Positions 1 to 10,331 of a stretch of DNA of 64,000 nucleotides are shown piece after piece. Both the position numbers and the translations under genes were made by a program. The notes beneath the pieces are model-generated. The model was given only the letters and a program-made list of their open reading frames with translations. It did not search any database and was not told the DNA's origin. Source of the DNA: an uncultured Acidobacteriaceae bacterium (lineage in GTDB: Bacteria > Acidobacteriota > Terriglobia > Terriglobales > Acidobacteriaceae); contig CAWIOA010000009.1 in the NCBI GenBank assembly GCA_963837665.1, forward strand, positions 285,661-349,660, written 5' to 3'. Position 1 is the stretch's first letter, and each line of letters opens with the position of its first letter.

Positions 1-382
1 GAATTGGCACCACTGGCACGTGATGACGGATGGCTAACGCGATCAGGCGGAATCCGGGGTCGGAGATGCCGGGCATGCCGGCGTCGGTGACGAGCGCGAT
101 CTTGGCTCCGCCTTCGAGATCAACCACCAGTTCAGAGGCTTTGGTCATCTCGTTGTGCTCGTGATAGCTGACCAGTCGCGTCTGGATGCCGTAATGGCTG
201 AGGAGTTTCAGGGTCTGGCGCGTATCCTCGCAGGCGATCAGGTCGACTTCCTTGAGCACGCGGAGGGCGCGCAGGGTGATGTCCTCGAGGTTGCCGATGG
301 GCGTGGCGACCAGATAGAGAGACGGGCCTCCAAGGGCGGTGTCTCGGTCGGGGCTGCTGCTATTCCGGGTGTCTTGCCGCAT
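1..382 (-). CDS. rsmI: 16S rRNA 2'-O-ribose C1402 methyltransferase RsmI, N-terminal part (gene continues past window start)
   Basis: Own minus-strand translation from ATG at 382: MRQDTRNSSSPDRDTALGGPSLYLVATPIGNLEDITLRALRVLKEVDLIACEDTRQT...ALVTDAGMPGISDPGF. This matches the RsmI/tetrapyrrole-methylase N-terminus. It is absent from the ORF track because no stop lies in the window. Confidence 0.8.
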   Translation of the reverse strand, partial: MRQDTRNSSSPDRDTALGGPSLYLVATPIGNLEDITLRALRVLKEVDLIACEDTRQTLKLLSHYGIQTRLVSYHEHNEMTKASELVVDLEGGAKIALVTDAGMPGISDPGFRLIALAIRHHVPVVPI

Positions 383-594
383 GAAGCGAGTCTAGCAAGA
401 AACCCTTCACCACAGAGGCACAGAGACACAGAGGTCAGGTTTTAACCAGACGGGAACCACGCCCATCAACTTCTTGCTTCGCCTTTTCTTCGCTTCGTGT
501 TAAACTGACCAAAACGGATGTGATAGCCAACACTTCACGCTCCAGCCGGCGGGTGTAGGCTCAAATTCCAGATCCATAAACAGGAGCAGCCATT

Positions 595-1716
595 ATGGCC
601 GAAGAGCGTAGCCGAGCAGACGAGCGTGGCAAAGCAATTGAACTGGCATTCGCGCAAATTGAAAAGCAGTTTGGCAAGGGTTCCATTATGCGGCTGGGGT
701 CGAAGGAAGCCATCGTCCCGATCGCAGTGATTTCTACGGGCGCGATTTCGTTCGATGCCGCGCTGGGCGTGGGCGGCGTGCCGCGCGGGCGGGTGATTGA
801 AATCTTTGGGCCGGAGTCTTCCGGCAAGACCACCATCGCTCTGCAAGTGATTGCCGAGGCGCAAAAGGCCGGAGGCATGGCGGCATTCGTCGATGCCGAG
901 CACGCACTTGATCCGGGGTATGCCAAGAAGCTGGGCGTGGACGTCGATAACCTGCTGGTCTCGCAACCCGACTACGGCGAGCAGGCGCTCGAGATTACAG
1001 AAGCTCTGGTGCGCTCGAACGCGATTGACGTGCTGGTGGTGGACTCGGTCGCGGCGTTGGTTCCCAAGGCGGAACTTGACGGCGAAATGGGCGACAGCCA
1101 TATGGGGCTGCAGGCACGCCTGATGTCGCAGGCGCTGCGCAAGTTGACGGGAACGGTTGCCAAGTCGCGTACTTCCCTGATTTTCATCAATCAGATCCGC
1201 GAAAAGATTGGCGTGATGTTCGGCAACCCGGAAACCACGACCGGCGGGCGCGCGCTGAAGTTCTATTCGTCGGTGCGCATTGACATCCGGCGCATTGCGG
1301 CCATCAAAGAAGGAGACGTGGTCACGGGTTCTCGTACCCGCGTCAAAGTCGTGAAGAACAAAGTGGCGGCTCCGTTCCGCGAAGCCGAGTTCGACATTCT
1401 TTATGGCGAAGGCATTTCCCGCGAAGGCGACCTGCTCGATCTGGCGGTGAACAGCAATATCCTGGAAAAATCGGGCTCGTGGTTCAGCTACAAAGGCGAG
1501 CGCATTGGGCAAGGACGCGAGAACGCGCGTGCCTTCCTGAAAGAAAACAAGGACACAATGGCCAAGCTTGATGCCGAGGTGCGCAAAGCACTGGGGCTGG
1601 CCCCGTCGGCAGCGACGCCGGCAGCGGTTCCGGCGCAGGCCACCGGGACGCAGGGACGGGTCACGACCATGCCGAGCGCCTCGGAAGGGGCGAAAGTTCC
1701 AGCGGCGAGAAGGTAG
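595..1716 (+). CDS. recA: Recombinase RecA
   Basis: 373 aa. Has the Walker A motif [18 protein letters not shown]-like FVDAEHALD, and the [24 protein letters not shown] loop. Unambiguous RecA. Confidence 0.99.
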   Translation: MAEERSRADERGKAIELAFAQIEKQFGKGSIMRLGSKEAIVPIAVISTGAISFDAALGVGGVPRGRVIEIFGPESSGKTTIALQVIAEAQKAGGMAAFVDAEHALDPGYAKKLGVDVDNLLVSQPDYGEQALEITEALVRSNAIDVLVVDSVAALVPKAELDGEMGDSHMGLQARLMSQALRKLTGTVAKSRTSLIFINQIREKIGVMFGNPETTTGGRALKFYSSVRIDIRRIAAIKEGDVVTGSRTRVKVVKNKVAAPFREAEFDILYGEGISREGDLLDLAVNSNILEKSGSWFSYKGERIGQGRENARAFLKENKDTMAKLDAEVRKALGLAPSAATPAAVPAQATGTQGRVTTMPSASEGAKVPAARR

Positions 1717-1730
1717 CCATTGCCCACCTA

Positions 1731-1754
1731 GGGGCGGACGCATTCGTCCGCCCC
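1731..1754 (+). terminator. GC-rich hairpin after recA (10-bp stem, 4-nt loop, no clear U-tract)
   Basis: ggggcggacg-catt-cgtccgcccc lies 15 nt after the recA stop. There is no T-run, so terminator function is uncertain. Confidence 0.35.
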
Positions 1755-1848
1755 CGACTGCCGGGCGGGGACGCCCCGCTCTCCATGATCTTCAATTGCC
1801 ATCCTTGCTTGCCTCCGCATACAATCCTCCTCATCCACCGAGGCCCCT

Positions 1849-2397
1849 GTGAAGCGCATTAAAGCCATTTATCCCGGATCGTTTGATCCTCCAACCAACG
1901 GCCATCTTGATCTGATCGAGCGCGGCAGCAAGATTTTTGACGAACTGGTCGTGGCCATTCTTCGCAATCCCGAGAAAGACCCTCTGTTCAGCGTCGCCGA
2001 CCGGCGCAAGATGTTGGAGGCGATGACCTCCGGTTTTGACAACGTCTCGGTCGACACTTTTGAGGGCCTCACGGTGGACTACGCTCTGCGGGTCGAGGCG
2101 CGAGTCATTCTGCGCGGTATTCGCGCCATCAGCGATTACGAATATGAGCTGCAGATGGCGTTGATGAATCGCAAACTCCAGCCCGGGGTGGAAACTGTGT
2201 TCATGATGCCCGCGGAAAAGTATTCGTACCTGAGTTCGCGGCTGGTGCGCGAAGTCGCGCAGCTCGGCGGTTCGATTGCCTGCCTCGTACCGGAACTGGT
2301 CGAGCAGAAGCTTCGTGAGAAAATGGATGTGGCTCACAAGTTCGAGGAGGGCGAGCCCTCCGAGGGCAAGAGCAAGTCCAGGAAAAAGAAAGCATAG
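1849..2397 (+). CDS. coaD: Phosphopantetheine adenylyltransferase
   Basis: N-terminus KAIYPGSFDPPTNGHLDLIERG (the T/HxGH nucleotidyltransferase motif) and the ISDYEYELQMALMN motif. Has a Lys/Glu-rich C-terminal tail. Confidence 0.93.
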   Translation: MKRIKAIYPGSFDPPTNGHLDLIERGSKIFDELVVAILRNPEKDPLFSVADRRKMLEAMTSGFDNVSVDTFEGLTVDYALRVEARVILRGIRAISDYEYELQMALMNRKLQPGVETVFMMPAEKYSYLSSRLVREVAQLGGSIACLVPELVEQKLREKMDVAHKFEEGEPSEGKSKSRKKKA

Positions 2398-2417
2398 TTG
2401 ACACGAGAACGCCAAAC

Positions 2418-3623
2418 ATGAGCGCAGGCACGACCCCCGTCACCCACCCCGTCCGCCTGACGGAACGCATCAACCGCATCGAGACCTCCGCGACCATGGC
2501 GGTGGTAGCCGAAGCCGAGAAACTGCGGCAGCAGGGTGTTGATGTGGTGGATTTCGGCGCCGGCGAGCCTCACTTTTCCACGCCGCAGCACATCAAGGAT
2601 GCAGCCATCGCTGCCATCCAGTCGAATTTTTCGAAGTACACGGCCGTTGGCGGGACGGTTGAACTGAAGGACGCCATCGTGCACCGTCATGCGGTGGATT
2701 TCGACTCCGACTACCGACGTGAGGAAGCTGCGGCTTCGGTGGGCGGCAAGCACGCGCTCTTCAACGTCATTTCCGTGCTCGTGGACCATGGCGACGAGGT
2801 CATTCTTCCCGTCCCCTACTGGGTCTCGTTCAAGGACATGGTGCGCTATGCCGGCGGCAAGTGCGTGCTGTTGCAAGGCGACGAAGCGCAGGACTTTCGC
2901 GTCACCGCCGGCATGGTGGCGAAACTGGTCACGCCGAAGACCAAGCTCATCATTTTGAATTCACCTTCCAATCCTTCCGGAGCGGTGATGAGCCCGGAAG
3001 ACATGACCGAAGTCGTCCGGTTGGCGCACCAGCGCGGCATCTGGGTGATTTCCGATGAGTGCTACGTCTACCTGAACTACACGGGCAAACGGTTCTCGGT
3101 AGGTTCGTTGCGCGAGTTCCGCGACCGCTTCATGGTGGTCGGATCGCTTTCGAAGACCTATGCCATGACCGGATGGCGGCTCGGGTTCACGCTAGGCCCG
3201 GCGCCGATCATCATGGCCGTGCAGAAGCTGCAGAGCCAGTCCACTTCAAACCCGACCTCGATTGTGCAGAAGGCCGCGGTGGCAGCGCTGAAAGGTCCGC
3301 AACAATGCGTGGAGGACATGCGCCTGGAGTACATCAAGCTGCGGGATCACGTGGTGAAGGGACTGCGCTCCATTCCCGGCGTGAAATGCACGCTGCCCGA
3401 AGGCGCGTTTTATGCCTATCCCAATGTTTCGGCATTCTTCGGACGTAGCGGGATGAACTCGGCTTCCGATGTTGCGGGCAAACTGCTGCGCGAGAACCAC
3501 GTTGCCACGGTTCCCGGAGAAGGCTTTGGCACCAAGGAACACATTCGCATTTCCTACGCGACATCAAAGGCTGAACTGGACCGCGGGCTGGAGCGGATGC
3601 GGAAGTTTTTTGGCGCGCTGTGA
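2418..3623 (+). CDS. Class I pyridoxal-phosphate aminotransferase (aspartate aminotransferase-like)
   Basis: 401 aa. Has the SLSKTYAMTGWRLGF PLP-lysine motif, NSPSNPSG, and a VDFGAGEPHF N-terminal motif. Confidence 0.88.
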   Translation: MSAGTTPVTHPVRLTERINRIETSATMAVVAEAEKLRQQGVDVVDFGAGEPHFSTPQHIKDAAIAAIQSNFSKYTAVGGTVELKDAIVHRHAVDFDSDYRREEAAASVGGKHALFNVISVLVDHGDEVILPVPYWVSFKDMVRYAGGKCVLLQGDEAQDFRVTAGMVAKLVTPKTKLIILNSPSNPSGAVMSPEDMTEVVRLAHQRGIWVISDECYVYLNYTGKRFSVGSLREFRDRFMVVGSLSKTYAMTGWRLGFTLGPAPIIMAVQKLQSQSTSNPTSIVQKAAVAALKGPQQCVEDMRLEYIKLRDHVVKGLRSIPGVKCTLPEGAFYAYPNVSAFFGRSGMNSASDVAGKLLRENHVATVPGEGFGTKEHIRISYATSKAELDRGLERMRKFFGAL

Positions 3624-3698
3624 AGGTTCATGTGGCGCGGGCATTCCTGCCCGCCCAGATCGGTGGACTGTGGAGCGGCGGGCGTCCTCGCCACGTCA

Positions 3699-4004
3699 TC
3701 ATTTTTCTGAGTTCTGATATTTTGCTAATCCACAGTGGACGCACCGGTCAGCAAGCGTCCGGTTCCACCGATCTCCAAAGCGTTCTCCGCAACGCGGGCA
3801 ACGCCAGTTAAGAGCTCGATTAGCGTTGATCACCAACAATATCATCCAGGGGAATGCGAGCATGAACCCCGGCATCGGAGTGTTGACTAGTTTCTTGCAA
3901 ATGTACCCAGCTACTGCTATTACCGGCACATATCCAACAAAGAGCAAGAGCGACAGAATGTTAGTGCGCTTGTAGCGTTTCCAGTGTTCCGCATACTCAG
4001 CCAT
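3699..4004 (-). CDS. Hypothetical small membrane protein with C-terminal zinc-ribbon (CPRCG...CVHCG)
   Basis: 101-aa ORF in a visibly more AT-rich patch. It has two hydrophobic segments followed by CxxC-N16-CxxC. I recognise no family. Confidence 0.45.
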   Translation of the reverse strand: MAEYAEHWKRYKRTNILSLLLFVGYVPVIAVAGYICKKLVNTPMPGFMLAFPWMILLVINANRALNWRCPRCGERFGDRWNRTLADRCVHCGLAKYQNSEK

Positions 4005-4063
4005 CTGTGCACGACCTGACCAACCCGTAGGTTACCATGCTAGAGAGTGCACACTTAGCTGGC

Positions 4064-5065
4064 ATGACCCAACTCTATCCACTCCTGATGTCGCCCGCCT
4101 TCGACCCGCGCCCCTGGGGCACGCTTGATCTCTCCGCCATCTATCCCAACCACAAATTCAACGAGCGCATCGGAGAAGCGTGGCTTACCGGCGACAACTG
4201 CATGGTGGCGAACGGTCCGCTGGCGAAGCGGTCGCTCGAAGAACTTAGCAAGGAATTCGGCTCCGAACTGGTCGGAACCGCCGCACGCGACCCGCAGCGT
4301 TTTCCATTGCTGCTGAAGTTTCTGTTTCCCGAGGAAAAACTCTCCGTCCAGGTGCATCCCGACGACGCTACTGCGCAACGCTTTGGCGAGCCCTGGGGCA
4401 AAACCGAATGCTGGTACGTGGCCCACGCCAAGCCCGGATCGCAGATCGCGCTGGGATTGAAGCCCGGCGTTACGGTAGCTCAATTCGAGCAAGCTATTCA
4501 GGAAAATCGAGCGGAAGGGCTGCTGAACTGGATCAACGTCTACCAGGGCGAAATGATTTATGTGGCCGGCGGCACGGTGCATACGCTGGGGCCGGGAGCC
4601 GTCATCGTGGAAACGCAGCAGCAATCCGACACCACGTATCGTCTCTACGACTACGGACGTCCGCGGCCGCTGCATCTGGAGCGGGGGCTTGCCTCGGTCA
4701 AGGAGCGTGTTGCCTCGGGCAAAGTGATCCGCCCCGCGCCCGTCAGTATTCACGGCGGTAATAGCCGCCAGTCTTCGATGATTGCCGCGCCTTACTTCAC
4801 GGTGGACCTGTTTGAATTGAAGGAGGCACAGGTGTTCTCTACCGGCGACAATTCGGGGAAGACGTCCGTGCAAATCCTGGTCGCCGTCGAAGGCTGCGGG
4901 GTGGTCGAAGCGCAGGGTCGTGATCCGGTGACGCTGGCCAAAGGCGATGCGGTCGTGATCCCGGCTGCGGTGCAGAGTTTTATGGTGCGGCCGCAGTGGG
5001 CAGTTGAGTTCCTGAAGGCCTACGTACCTGGTGCGGCGGTACCTGAGCCTGCAACACGGCTATAG
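4064..5065 (+). CDS. manA: Type I mannose-6-phosphate isomerase (cupin)
   Basis: MTQLYPLLMSP..RPWG N-terminus, LSVQVHPDD and ECWYV metal-site motifs, GTVHTLGPG. Start chosen at the internal ATG 4064; the ORF track begins at 4037. Confidence 0.82.
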   Translation: MTQLYPLLMSPAFDPRPWGTLDLSAIYPNHKFNERIGEAWLTGDNCMVANGPLAKRSLEELSKEFGSELVGTAARDPQRFPLLLKFLFPEEKLSVQVHPDDATAQRFGEPWGKTECWYVAHAKPGSQIALGLKPGVTVAQFEQAIQENRAEGLLNWINVYQGEMIYVAGGTVHTLGPGAVIVETQQQSDTTYRLYDYGRPRPLHLERGLASVKERVASGKVIRPAPVSIHGGNSRQSSMIAAPYFTVDLFELKEAQVFSTGDNSGKTSVQILVAVEGCGVVEAQGRDPVTLAKGDAVVIPAAVQSFMVRPQWAVEFLKAYVPGAAVPEPATRL

Positions 5066-5274
5066 AGGTTGTGCAAAGTCGTGTCGCCCTCACCGGCGAA
5101 AGAGCTGTGTCCTTCCCAAAACGCAAAATGCCCGAGGGAATGCCCTGACGCGTCCCTAGTGTGCGAGCAGGGGTAGGGGTCCTTCGACTCCGCCGGAACT
5201 TCGCTTCGCGAAGTTTCTGCTCCGCTCAGGATGACATGGTTTTTATGGGTTCGAGGGTTTCCCTGTGATCCCCT

Positions 5275-6450
5275 GTGTCCCCAGCGGTGAAGGCTTTCAC
5301 CGAGACCTGCGTAAATGTTAGGCTGGCAGCGACCGTGAAGACGAATCCGCACTTCTATCCCGTAATTCTCGCTGGCGGCCGCGGCACGCGCTTCTGGCCG
5401 TTGAGCCGCAAGCGCCACGCTAAACAACTGCTGGCGCTCGACGGCAAACAGACCATGATCCAGCAGACGGTTAAACGCCTGGCGCCCATGGCCGCGCCGA
5501 GCCGGTTCTGGATCATCACGAACGACGACCTCCGGCCCGCTATTCTTCGACAGCTTCGGAGGCTTCCGGCGAAGCAGATTATTGCCGAGCCTGCCGCGCG
5601 CAACACAACTCCGGCGATTGGTTTAGCGGCATTTCTTTTGCTTCGTCAGGATCCCGACGCGGTGCTCGGACTGTTCCCCTCTGACCACGTCATCGCCGAC
5701 CCGGCTCAATACCGCGCGACCCTCAGCCAAGCAATCGAGATCGCCGCCGCCGGAGACAACATCGTTGTGCTCGGCATCCGCCCGACTCGCCCGGAAACCG
5801 GCTACGGCTATATCGAGGCTGGGGCTGCAGATCATGCTGGGACTTTGTCCCTGCGCGTGCGACGCTTCACGGAGAAACCGGACCGCGACCATGCCCGTCA
5901 GTTTCTTGACGCGGGCAACTACTTCTGGAACAGCGGCATGTTTCTGTGGCGCGCCGACACGCTGGCGAACGCGCTGCGCGAGCATCTTCCAAACACCGCG
6001 GTGCTGCTTGAAAGGATTGCCGCGGCCTATGGCACGCGCAAGTTCGCGGAAACGTTTCGAAAGCTCTACCCGAAGTGCGAGAACATCAGCGTCGACTACG
6101 CGATCCTCGAACCCCGCTCCGCCAAGGGCGCAGGCCAGTCGGGCATTCTCTGTCTGCCCTCCGACTTTGGATGGAACGATCTCGGCTCCTGGACCGCGCT
6201 GCATGAGCACCACGTGGCGAAGACGGGATCGCGCGATGGGAAACCGTCCTCAGCGTCCGGCAGTTTTGCCCTGAATGCGAGGAATAACTATGTTCATGCG
6301 CCCGGCAAGTTTGTCGCCCTGATCGGCGTGAGCAACCTGGTGATTGTCGAGACCGACGACGCACTGCTCGTTACCACGCTTGATCAGTCACAGGATGTGG
6401 GCAAAGTGGTGAAGCATCTGGATGAGAAGAAGCTGAAGAAGCTAGTGTGA
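5275..6450 (+). CDS. Mannose-1-phosphate guanylyltransferase
   Basis: VILAGGRGTRFWPLSR nucleotidyl-transferase P-loop, EPAARNTTPAI and GYGYIE motifs. The true start may be an internal GTG (about 5335). Confidence 0.88.
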   Translation: MSPAVKAFTETCVNVRLAATVKTNPHFYPVILAGGRGTRFWPLSRKRHAKQLLALDGKQTMIQQTVKRLAPMAAPSRFWIITNDDLRPAILRQLRRLPAKQIIAEPAARNTTPAIGLAAFLLLRQDPDAVLGLFPSDHVIADPAQYRATLSQAIEIAAAGDNIVVLGIRPTRPETGYGYIEAGAADHAGTLSLRVRRFTEKPDRDHARQFLDAGNYFWNSGMFLWRADTLANALREHLPNTAVLLERIAAAYGTRKFAETFRKLYPKCENISVDYAILEPRSAKGAGQSGILCLPSDFGWNDLGSWTALHEHHVAKTGSRDGKPSSASGSFALNARNNYVHAPGKFVALIGVSNLVIVETDDALLVTTLDQSQDVGKVVKHLDEKKLKKLV

Positions 6451-6572
6451 CGGTCGTTGGTCGTGGTCGTTAGTCGTTGGCAATCTTTGGACTTTCGATG
6501 CGAACGTGCTGCCGGAACGAACGGCGAACAGCGAGCGCCCAGCGACCAGCGACTATCGACCAACGACGAACT

Positions 6573-8033
6573 ATGACCCAAATCAAATTCGGAACCGACG
6601 GCTGGCGCGGCCTGATTGCCGACGATTTCACTTTCGACAACGTGCGCCGCGTGGCTGGAGCGATTGCGGGCTACGTGCTCAAGCATGAGGATCCCCAACG
6701 CGGCGTTGTTGTTGGCTATGACACGCGCTTCTTGTCCGACCGCGCCGCTCGCGCCGTCGCTGAAGTCATCGCTGGCGCAGGCATTCCCGTGCTGCTGGCC
6801 AAGGATTACGTGCCCACGCCCGCGGTTTCCTACAACGTCAAAAAGCTGGGCGCGGCGGGCGGCGTCATGATTACCTCCAGCCACAATCCGTGGAACTGGA
6901 ATGGGGTGAAGTTCAAAGCGAAATTTGGAGGCTCGGCTACGCCCGCAATCATGAAGTTGATCGAAGAGGAACTGGATGCCGAAACACTGCCCCCGAATTC
7001 GTCTCCCACCCTTGCGCACAAAACGCGCAAGGATGGGGCACCCGCAGCCTCGAAGATCGAAGAGGTGGATCTGAAGCCTGCCTATGTCGAGGCGATCTGC
7101 CAGTTTGTCGACCTCAACCTGATCCGCAAAGCGAATTTCAAGTTCGCGATTGACGCGATGTACGGCTCGGGGCGCGGAGTTTTGCCGGGTATCTTCGACA
7201 AGAATGGAATTCAGTACGTCGCGATCCGCCAGGAAGTGAACCCTCTATTCCCAGGCATTAATCCCGAACCGATCCTGCCGCACGTCGCGCTGCTGCAGGA
7301 AACCGTGGTGAAGGAAAAATGCCACGCCGGACTGGTCACCGACGGCGATGCCGACCGCATTGGGGCGGTGGCGGAGGATGGGAGCTTTGTCGATTCGCAC
7401 AAGTGCATGTGCGTTCTGCTGAACTGGCTGCTGGTTTACAAGAAGTGGCCGGGCGATGTGGTGCGCGCCTTCAATACCACCGGCATGATGGACCGCATCG
7501 CCGCCAAGTATGGACGCAAGCTGCACGAGTGCAACATCGGCTTCAAGTACATTGCCGATCTGATGATGGAGCATGAAATTCTGATCGGCGGAGAAGAGTC
7601 AGGCGGTATCGGATATGGCCGCTTTCTCCCCGAACGCGATGGCATTCTCAATGCGCTCCTGCTGGCGAATGTAATGGCGGAAGAAGGGAAGCCGCTCGGC
7701 CAGTTAGTCGCCGACCTGCAGCGGGAATTCGGCGCGCACTACTATGGCCGGCGCGATCTGCACATTTCTGATGAGATGAAGAGCGGCGCCATACGCCGCG
7801 CCGCCGATGCGCAGACTACGAAGCTTGGCGCTTATCCGATCCTGCGCAAGGAGAATCGCGACGGCGTGAAGTTCTACCTCGATGCTCCCAGGAATGGCAA
7901 CGGCGCTGATGCCTGGGTATTGTTCCGCGCCTCCGGTACCGAACACATGCTGCGTTGCTATGTGGAAGCGGCTACGCCCGAACTGGTCGAAGAGATTCTT
8001 GAAAGCGGCGAGCGATTCGTGAGGCAGGGATAG
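6573..8033 (+). CDS. Phosphoglucomutase/phosphomannomutase family protein
   Basis: MTQIKFGTDGWRG N-terminus, TSSHNP active-site serine loop, DGDADR Mg site, GGEESGG sugar loop. Start moved to ATG 6573; the upstream part of the ORF is a repeat element. Confidence 0.9.
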   Translation: MTQIKFGTDGWRGLIADDFTFDNVRRVAGAIAGYVLKHEDPQRGVVVGYDTRFLSDRAARAVAEVIAGAGIPVLLAKDYVPTPAVSYNVKKLGAAGGVMITSSHNPWNWNGVKFKAKFGGSATPAIMKLIEEELDAETLPPNSSPTLAHKTRKDGAPAASKIEEVDLKPAYVEAICQFVDLNLIRKANFKFAIDAMYGSGRGVLPGIFDKNGIQYVAIRQEVNPLFPGINPEPILPHVALLQETVVKEKCHAGLVTDGDADRIGAVAEDGSFVDSHKCMCVLLNWLLVYKKWPGDVVRAFNTTGMMDRIAAKYGRKLHECNIGFKYIADLMMEHEILIGGEESGGIGYGRFLPERDGILNALLLANVMAEEGKPLGQLVADLQREFGAHYYGRRDLHISDEMKSGAIRRAADAQTTKLGAYPILRKENRDGVKFYLDAPRNGNGADAWVLFRASGTEHMLRCYVEAATPELVEEILESGERFVRQG

Positions 8034-8049
8034 ACGGCAAGCCGGTAGC

Positions 8050-8074
8050 GGCACGGCTGAAGCCGTGCCTTTTC
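8050..8074 (+). terminator. Rho-independent terminator after the PGM/PMM gene
   Basis: ggcacggc-tgaa-gccgtgcc (8-bp stem) followed by tttt. Confidence 0.7.
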
Positions 8075-8108
8075 AAAGCAACTTAATAAGTGAAGGGTAT
8101 AATCTGGC

Positions 8109-9050
8109 TTGCTTCAAGAGGAAGCAGCGGAGGAAACCAAATGGATCAACTGTACTGGGTTCCGTTCGGAATATGTGGCTCTCATTGTGCTTTACCTGAT
8201 TCTGGGAAGCTTTTTCACCGTGCGGACGGCCGAAGTCGCCGTGATCACGCGATTCGGCAAGTTCCTTCGGGTCGCTGAGCCGGGATTGAACTGGAAGCGG
8301 CCATTCTTCGATTCCGTGACTGGTACGGTGAGCCTGCGGGTGAATCAGATCACGCTGACCATGGAGACGAAGACCAAAGACAACGTGTTCGTCACCATTC
8401 CGATTTCCGTGCAGAATCGCGTTCGTCCGGAAAAAGTCTACGACGCCTACTACAAGTTGTCCGATCCGGTGGCGCAGATCAAATCCTACGTCGAGCAGGT
8501 GATCCTGGGGCATGTTCCGGGAATGACGCTGGACGAAGTGTTTGCCTCGCAATCCAGTATCGCCGCGGCCGTCAAGCAGGAACTGGATGCGGACATGGCG
8601 ACCTTCGGATACGAAATTGTGAACGTGCTGGTCACCGATATTGTTCCCGATGCCAAGGTGAAATCGGCGATGAACGACATCAACGCGGCGCAGCGCGAAC
8701 AGGTAGCCGCGAACGCCAGGGGCGAGGCGGAGAAGATTCTGGTGGTCAAGAAGGCCGAGGCCGAAGCGGAAAGCAAGGCGCTGCAGGGACAGGGAATCGC
8801 GAATCAAAGGAAGGCCATCATCGAAGGGCTGCAGGCCTCGATCGAACAGTTCCAGAAGGTGGTGGAGGGGGCGTCGGCAAAAGAAGTCATGCAATTGGTG
8901 ATGGTCACACAGTATTTCGATACCTTGAAGTCCATTGGCGAGAACGACAAAACCAACACGCTGTTTCTGGCGCACTCGCCCGGGGCCGTCAAGGAAGTCT
9001 CGGATCAGATTCTGCAGTCCATGCTGGTGGCGGAGAAAGCGAACGGCTGA
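8109..9050 (+). CDS. SPFH/band-7 (stomatin/prohibitin-like) membrane protein
   Basis: N-terminal TM segment, then the typical VITRFGKF...L.V..I.L...T.TKDNVFV core. Ala/Glu-rich coiled-coil toward the C-terminus. Confidence 0.82.
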   Translation: MLQEEAAEETKWINCTGFRSEYVALIVLYLILGSFFTVRTAEVAVITRFGKFLRVAEPGLNWKRPFFDSVTGTVSLRVNQITLTMETKTKDNVFVTIPISVQNRVRPEKVYDAYYKLSDPVAQIKSYVEQVILGHVPGMTLDEVFASQSSIAAAVKQELDADMATFGYEIVNVLVTDIVPDAKVKSAMNDINAAQREQVAANARGEAEKILVVKKAEAEAESKALQGQGIANQRKAIIEGLQASIEQFQKVVEGASAKEVMQLVMVTQYFDTLKSIGENDKTNTLFLAHSPGAVKEVSDQILQSMLVAEKANG

Positions 9051-9172
9051 AGCTCAAGAGTCGCCATTCATGGCGCAGGAACCTGGCCGGCGTAACACTT
9101 CCAACCTTTGACTATTCTGACCGTCGGGCCTGCCCTTTCGTGTTCTAGCAAGCCGGGGAACGCGATAGGATA

Positions 9173-10327
9173 ATGACACTCAACATAATGGCCACCAAGG
9201 AAATAACTCCGGTTCTCGCCGATTCTCCTGAATCGCGCCGCTACAACCGCATCAAGCGGTGGATCGGCATCGCCGATTTTGCGATCGGATTTGGGCTGCT
9301 GGTTGTACTCCTGGCCACCGGTTGGACGGGAACGCTCCGCGATCTGGCCGAGCGGGGCGCTTCGCAAAATTACTCTTACGCCGTTTTCCTCTACGTCGTG
9401 ATGCTGATGCTGATCAGCAAAGTGCTGGGAACTCCGCTCGAGTACTACAGCTTTCGGCTCGAACACCGCTATAACCTTTCTAACCAGAGATTCCGGTCGT
9501 GGCTTTGGGACGAGTTCAAGGGTCTGCTCATCGGCTTGGTCATGGCTACGATTGTGGTCGAATTGCTCTACATGCTGATCCGCCAGACCCCGCAGCACTG
9601 GTGGGTGATCGCGTGGGCTGTTTTTCTGGGACTGGTTGTGCTGCTCGCGCAACTCGCGCCGGTTGTACTGTTTCCGATTTTTTACAAATTCGAGCCCCTT
9701 GATAACGAGGAACTCAAGCGGCGCCTGATCGTTTTGAGCGAACGGGCCGGGACGCGGGTGCGGGGCGTCTATAAGTGGCATCTCTCCGAGAAAAGCAAGA
9801 AAGCCAATGCCGCGCTGACCGGACTCGGCGCAACCCGGCGCATCATCCTTGCCGACACCTTGCTGGACAACTATTCAGAGGATGAAATCGAGGCCGTGCT
9901 GGCGCACGAACTTGGGCATCACGTGCACCGTCATATTCTGAAGAGCATTGTGGTGCAAGCGGGAATCACGCTGTTCGGGTTCTGGCTGGCCAATGAGGTT
10001 CTCAGCTACGCCGTGGACCGCCGCCAGATGTTCGAGCAAATGGCCGATTTCGCCAATCTGCCGCTGCTGATTCTGGTCTCGACCGTGCTCTCATTCTTGC
10101 TGATGCCCGCGCTCAACGCCTACTCTCGCTTTAACGAGCGGCAAGCCGACCGCTATTGTTTCCATTCGGTGGCCAGCGTTGAACCCTTCATTTCGTCGAT
10201 GAACAAGTTAGCCGAGCAGAATCTGGCCGAAAGAACGCCTTCCCGGTGGGTGGAGTGGTTACTCCACTCGCATCCTGCGATCACCAAGCGAATTGCCGCT
10301 GCGGAGGCTTGGGCGAAGGCGCACTAG
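9173..10327 (+). CDS. M48 family (Ste24/HtpX-like) zinc metallopeptidase
   Basis: Multi-pass membrane N-terminal half, HELGHHVH (HExxH) motif and a downstream E...ERQADRY motif. Confidence 0.85.
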   Translation: MTLNIMATKEITPVLADSPESRRYNRIKRWIGIADFAIGFGLLVVLLATGWTGTLRDLAERGASQNYSYAVFLYVVMLMLISKVLGTPLEYYSFRLEHRYNLSNQRFRSWLWDEFKGLLIGLVMATIVVELLYMLIRQTPQHWWVIAWAVFLGLVVLLAQLAPVVLFPIFYKFEPLDNEELKRRLIVLSERAGTRVRGVYKWHLSEKSKKANAALTGLGATRRIILADTLLDNYSEDEIEAVLAHELGHHVHRHILKSIVVQAGITLFGFWLANEVLSYAVDRRQMFEQMADFANLPLLILVSTVLSFLLMPALNAYSRFNERQADRYCFHSVASVEPFISSMNKLAEQNLAERTPSRWVEWLLHSHPAITKRIAAAEAWAKAH

Positions 10328-10331
10328 GATC

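Noticed and set aside
155-445. 96-aa plus-strand ORF at the window start
   Set aside because: It is antisense to the clearly recognisable RsmI N-terminus (minus strand, ATG at 382). It shows no family features.
535-1743. 402-aa minus-strand ORF covering the whole recA gene
   Set aside because: It is antisense to an unambiguous RecA. Its Arg/Gly/His/Ala-rich low-complexity translation is typical of the opposite strand of GC-rich genes.
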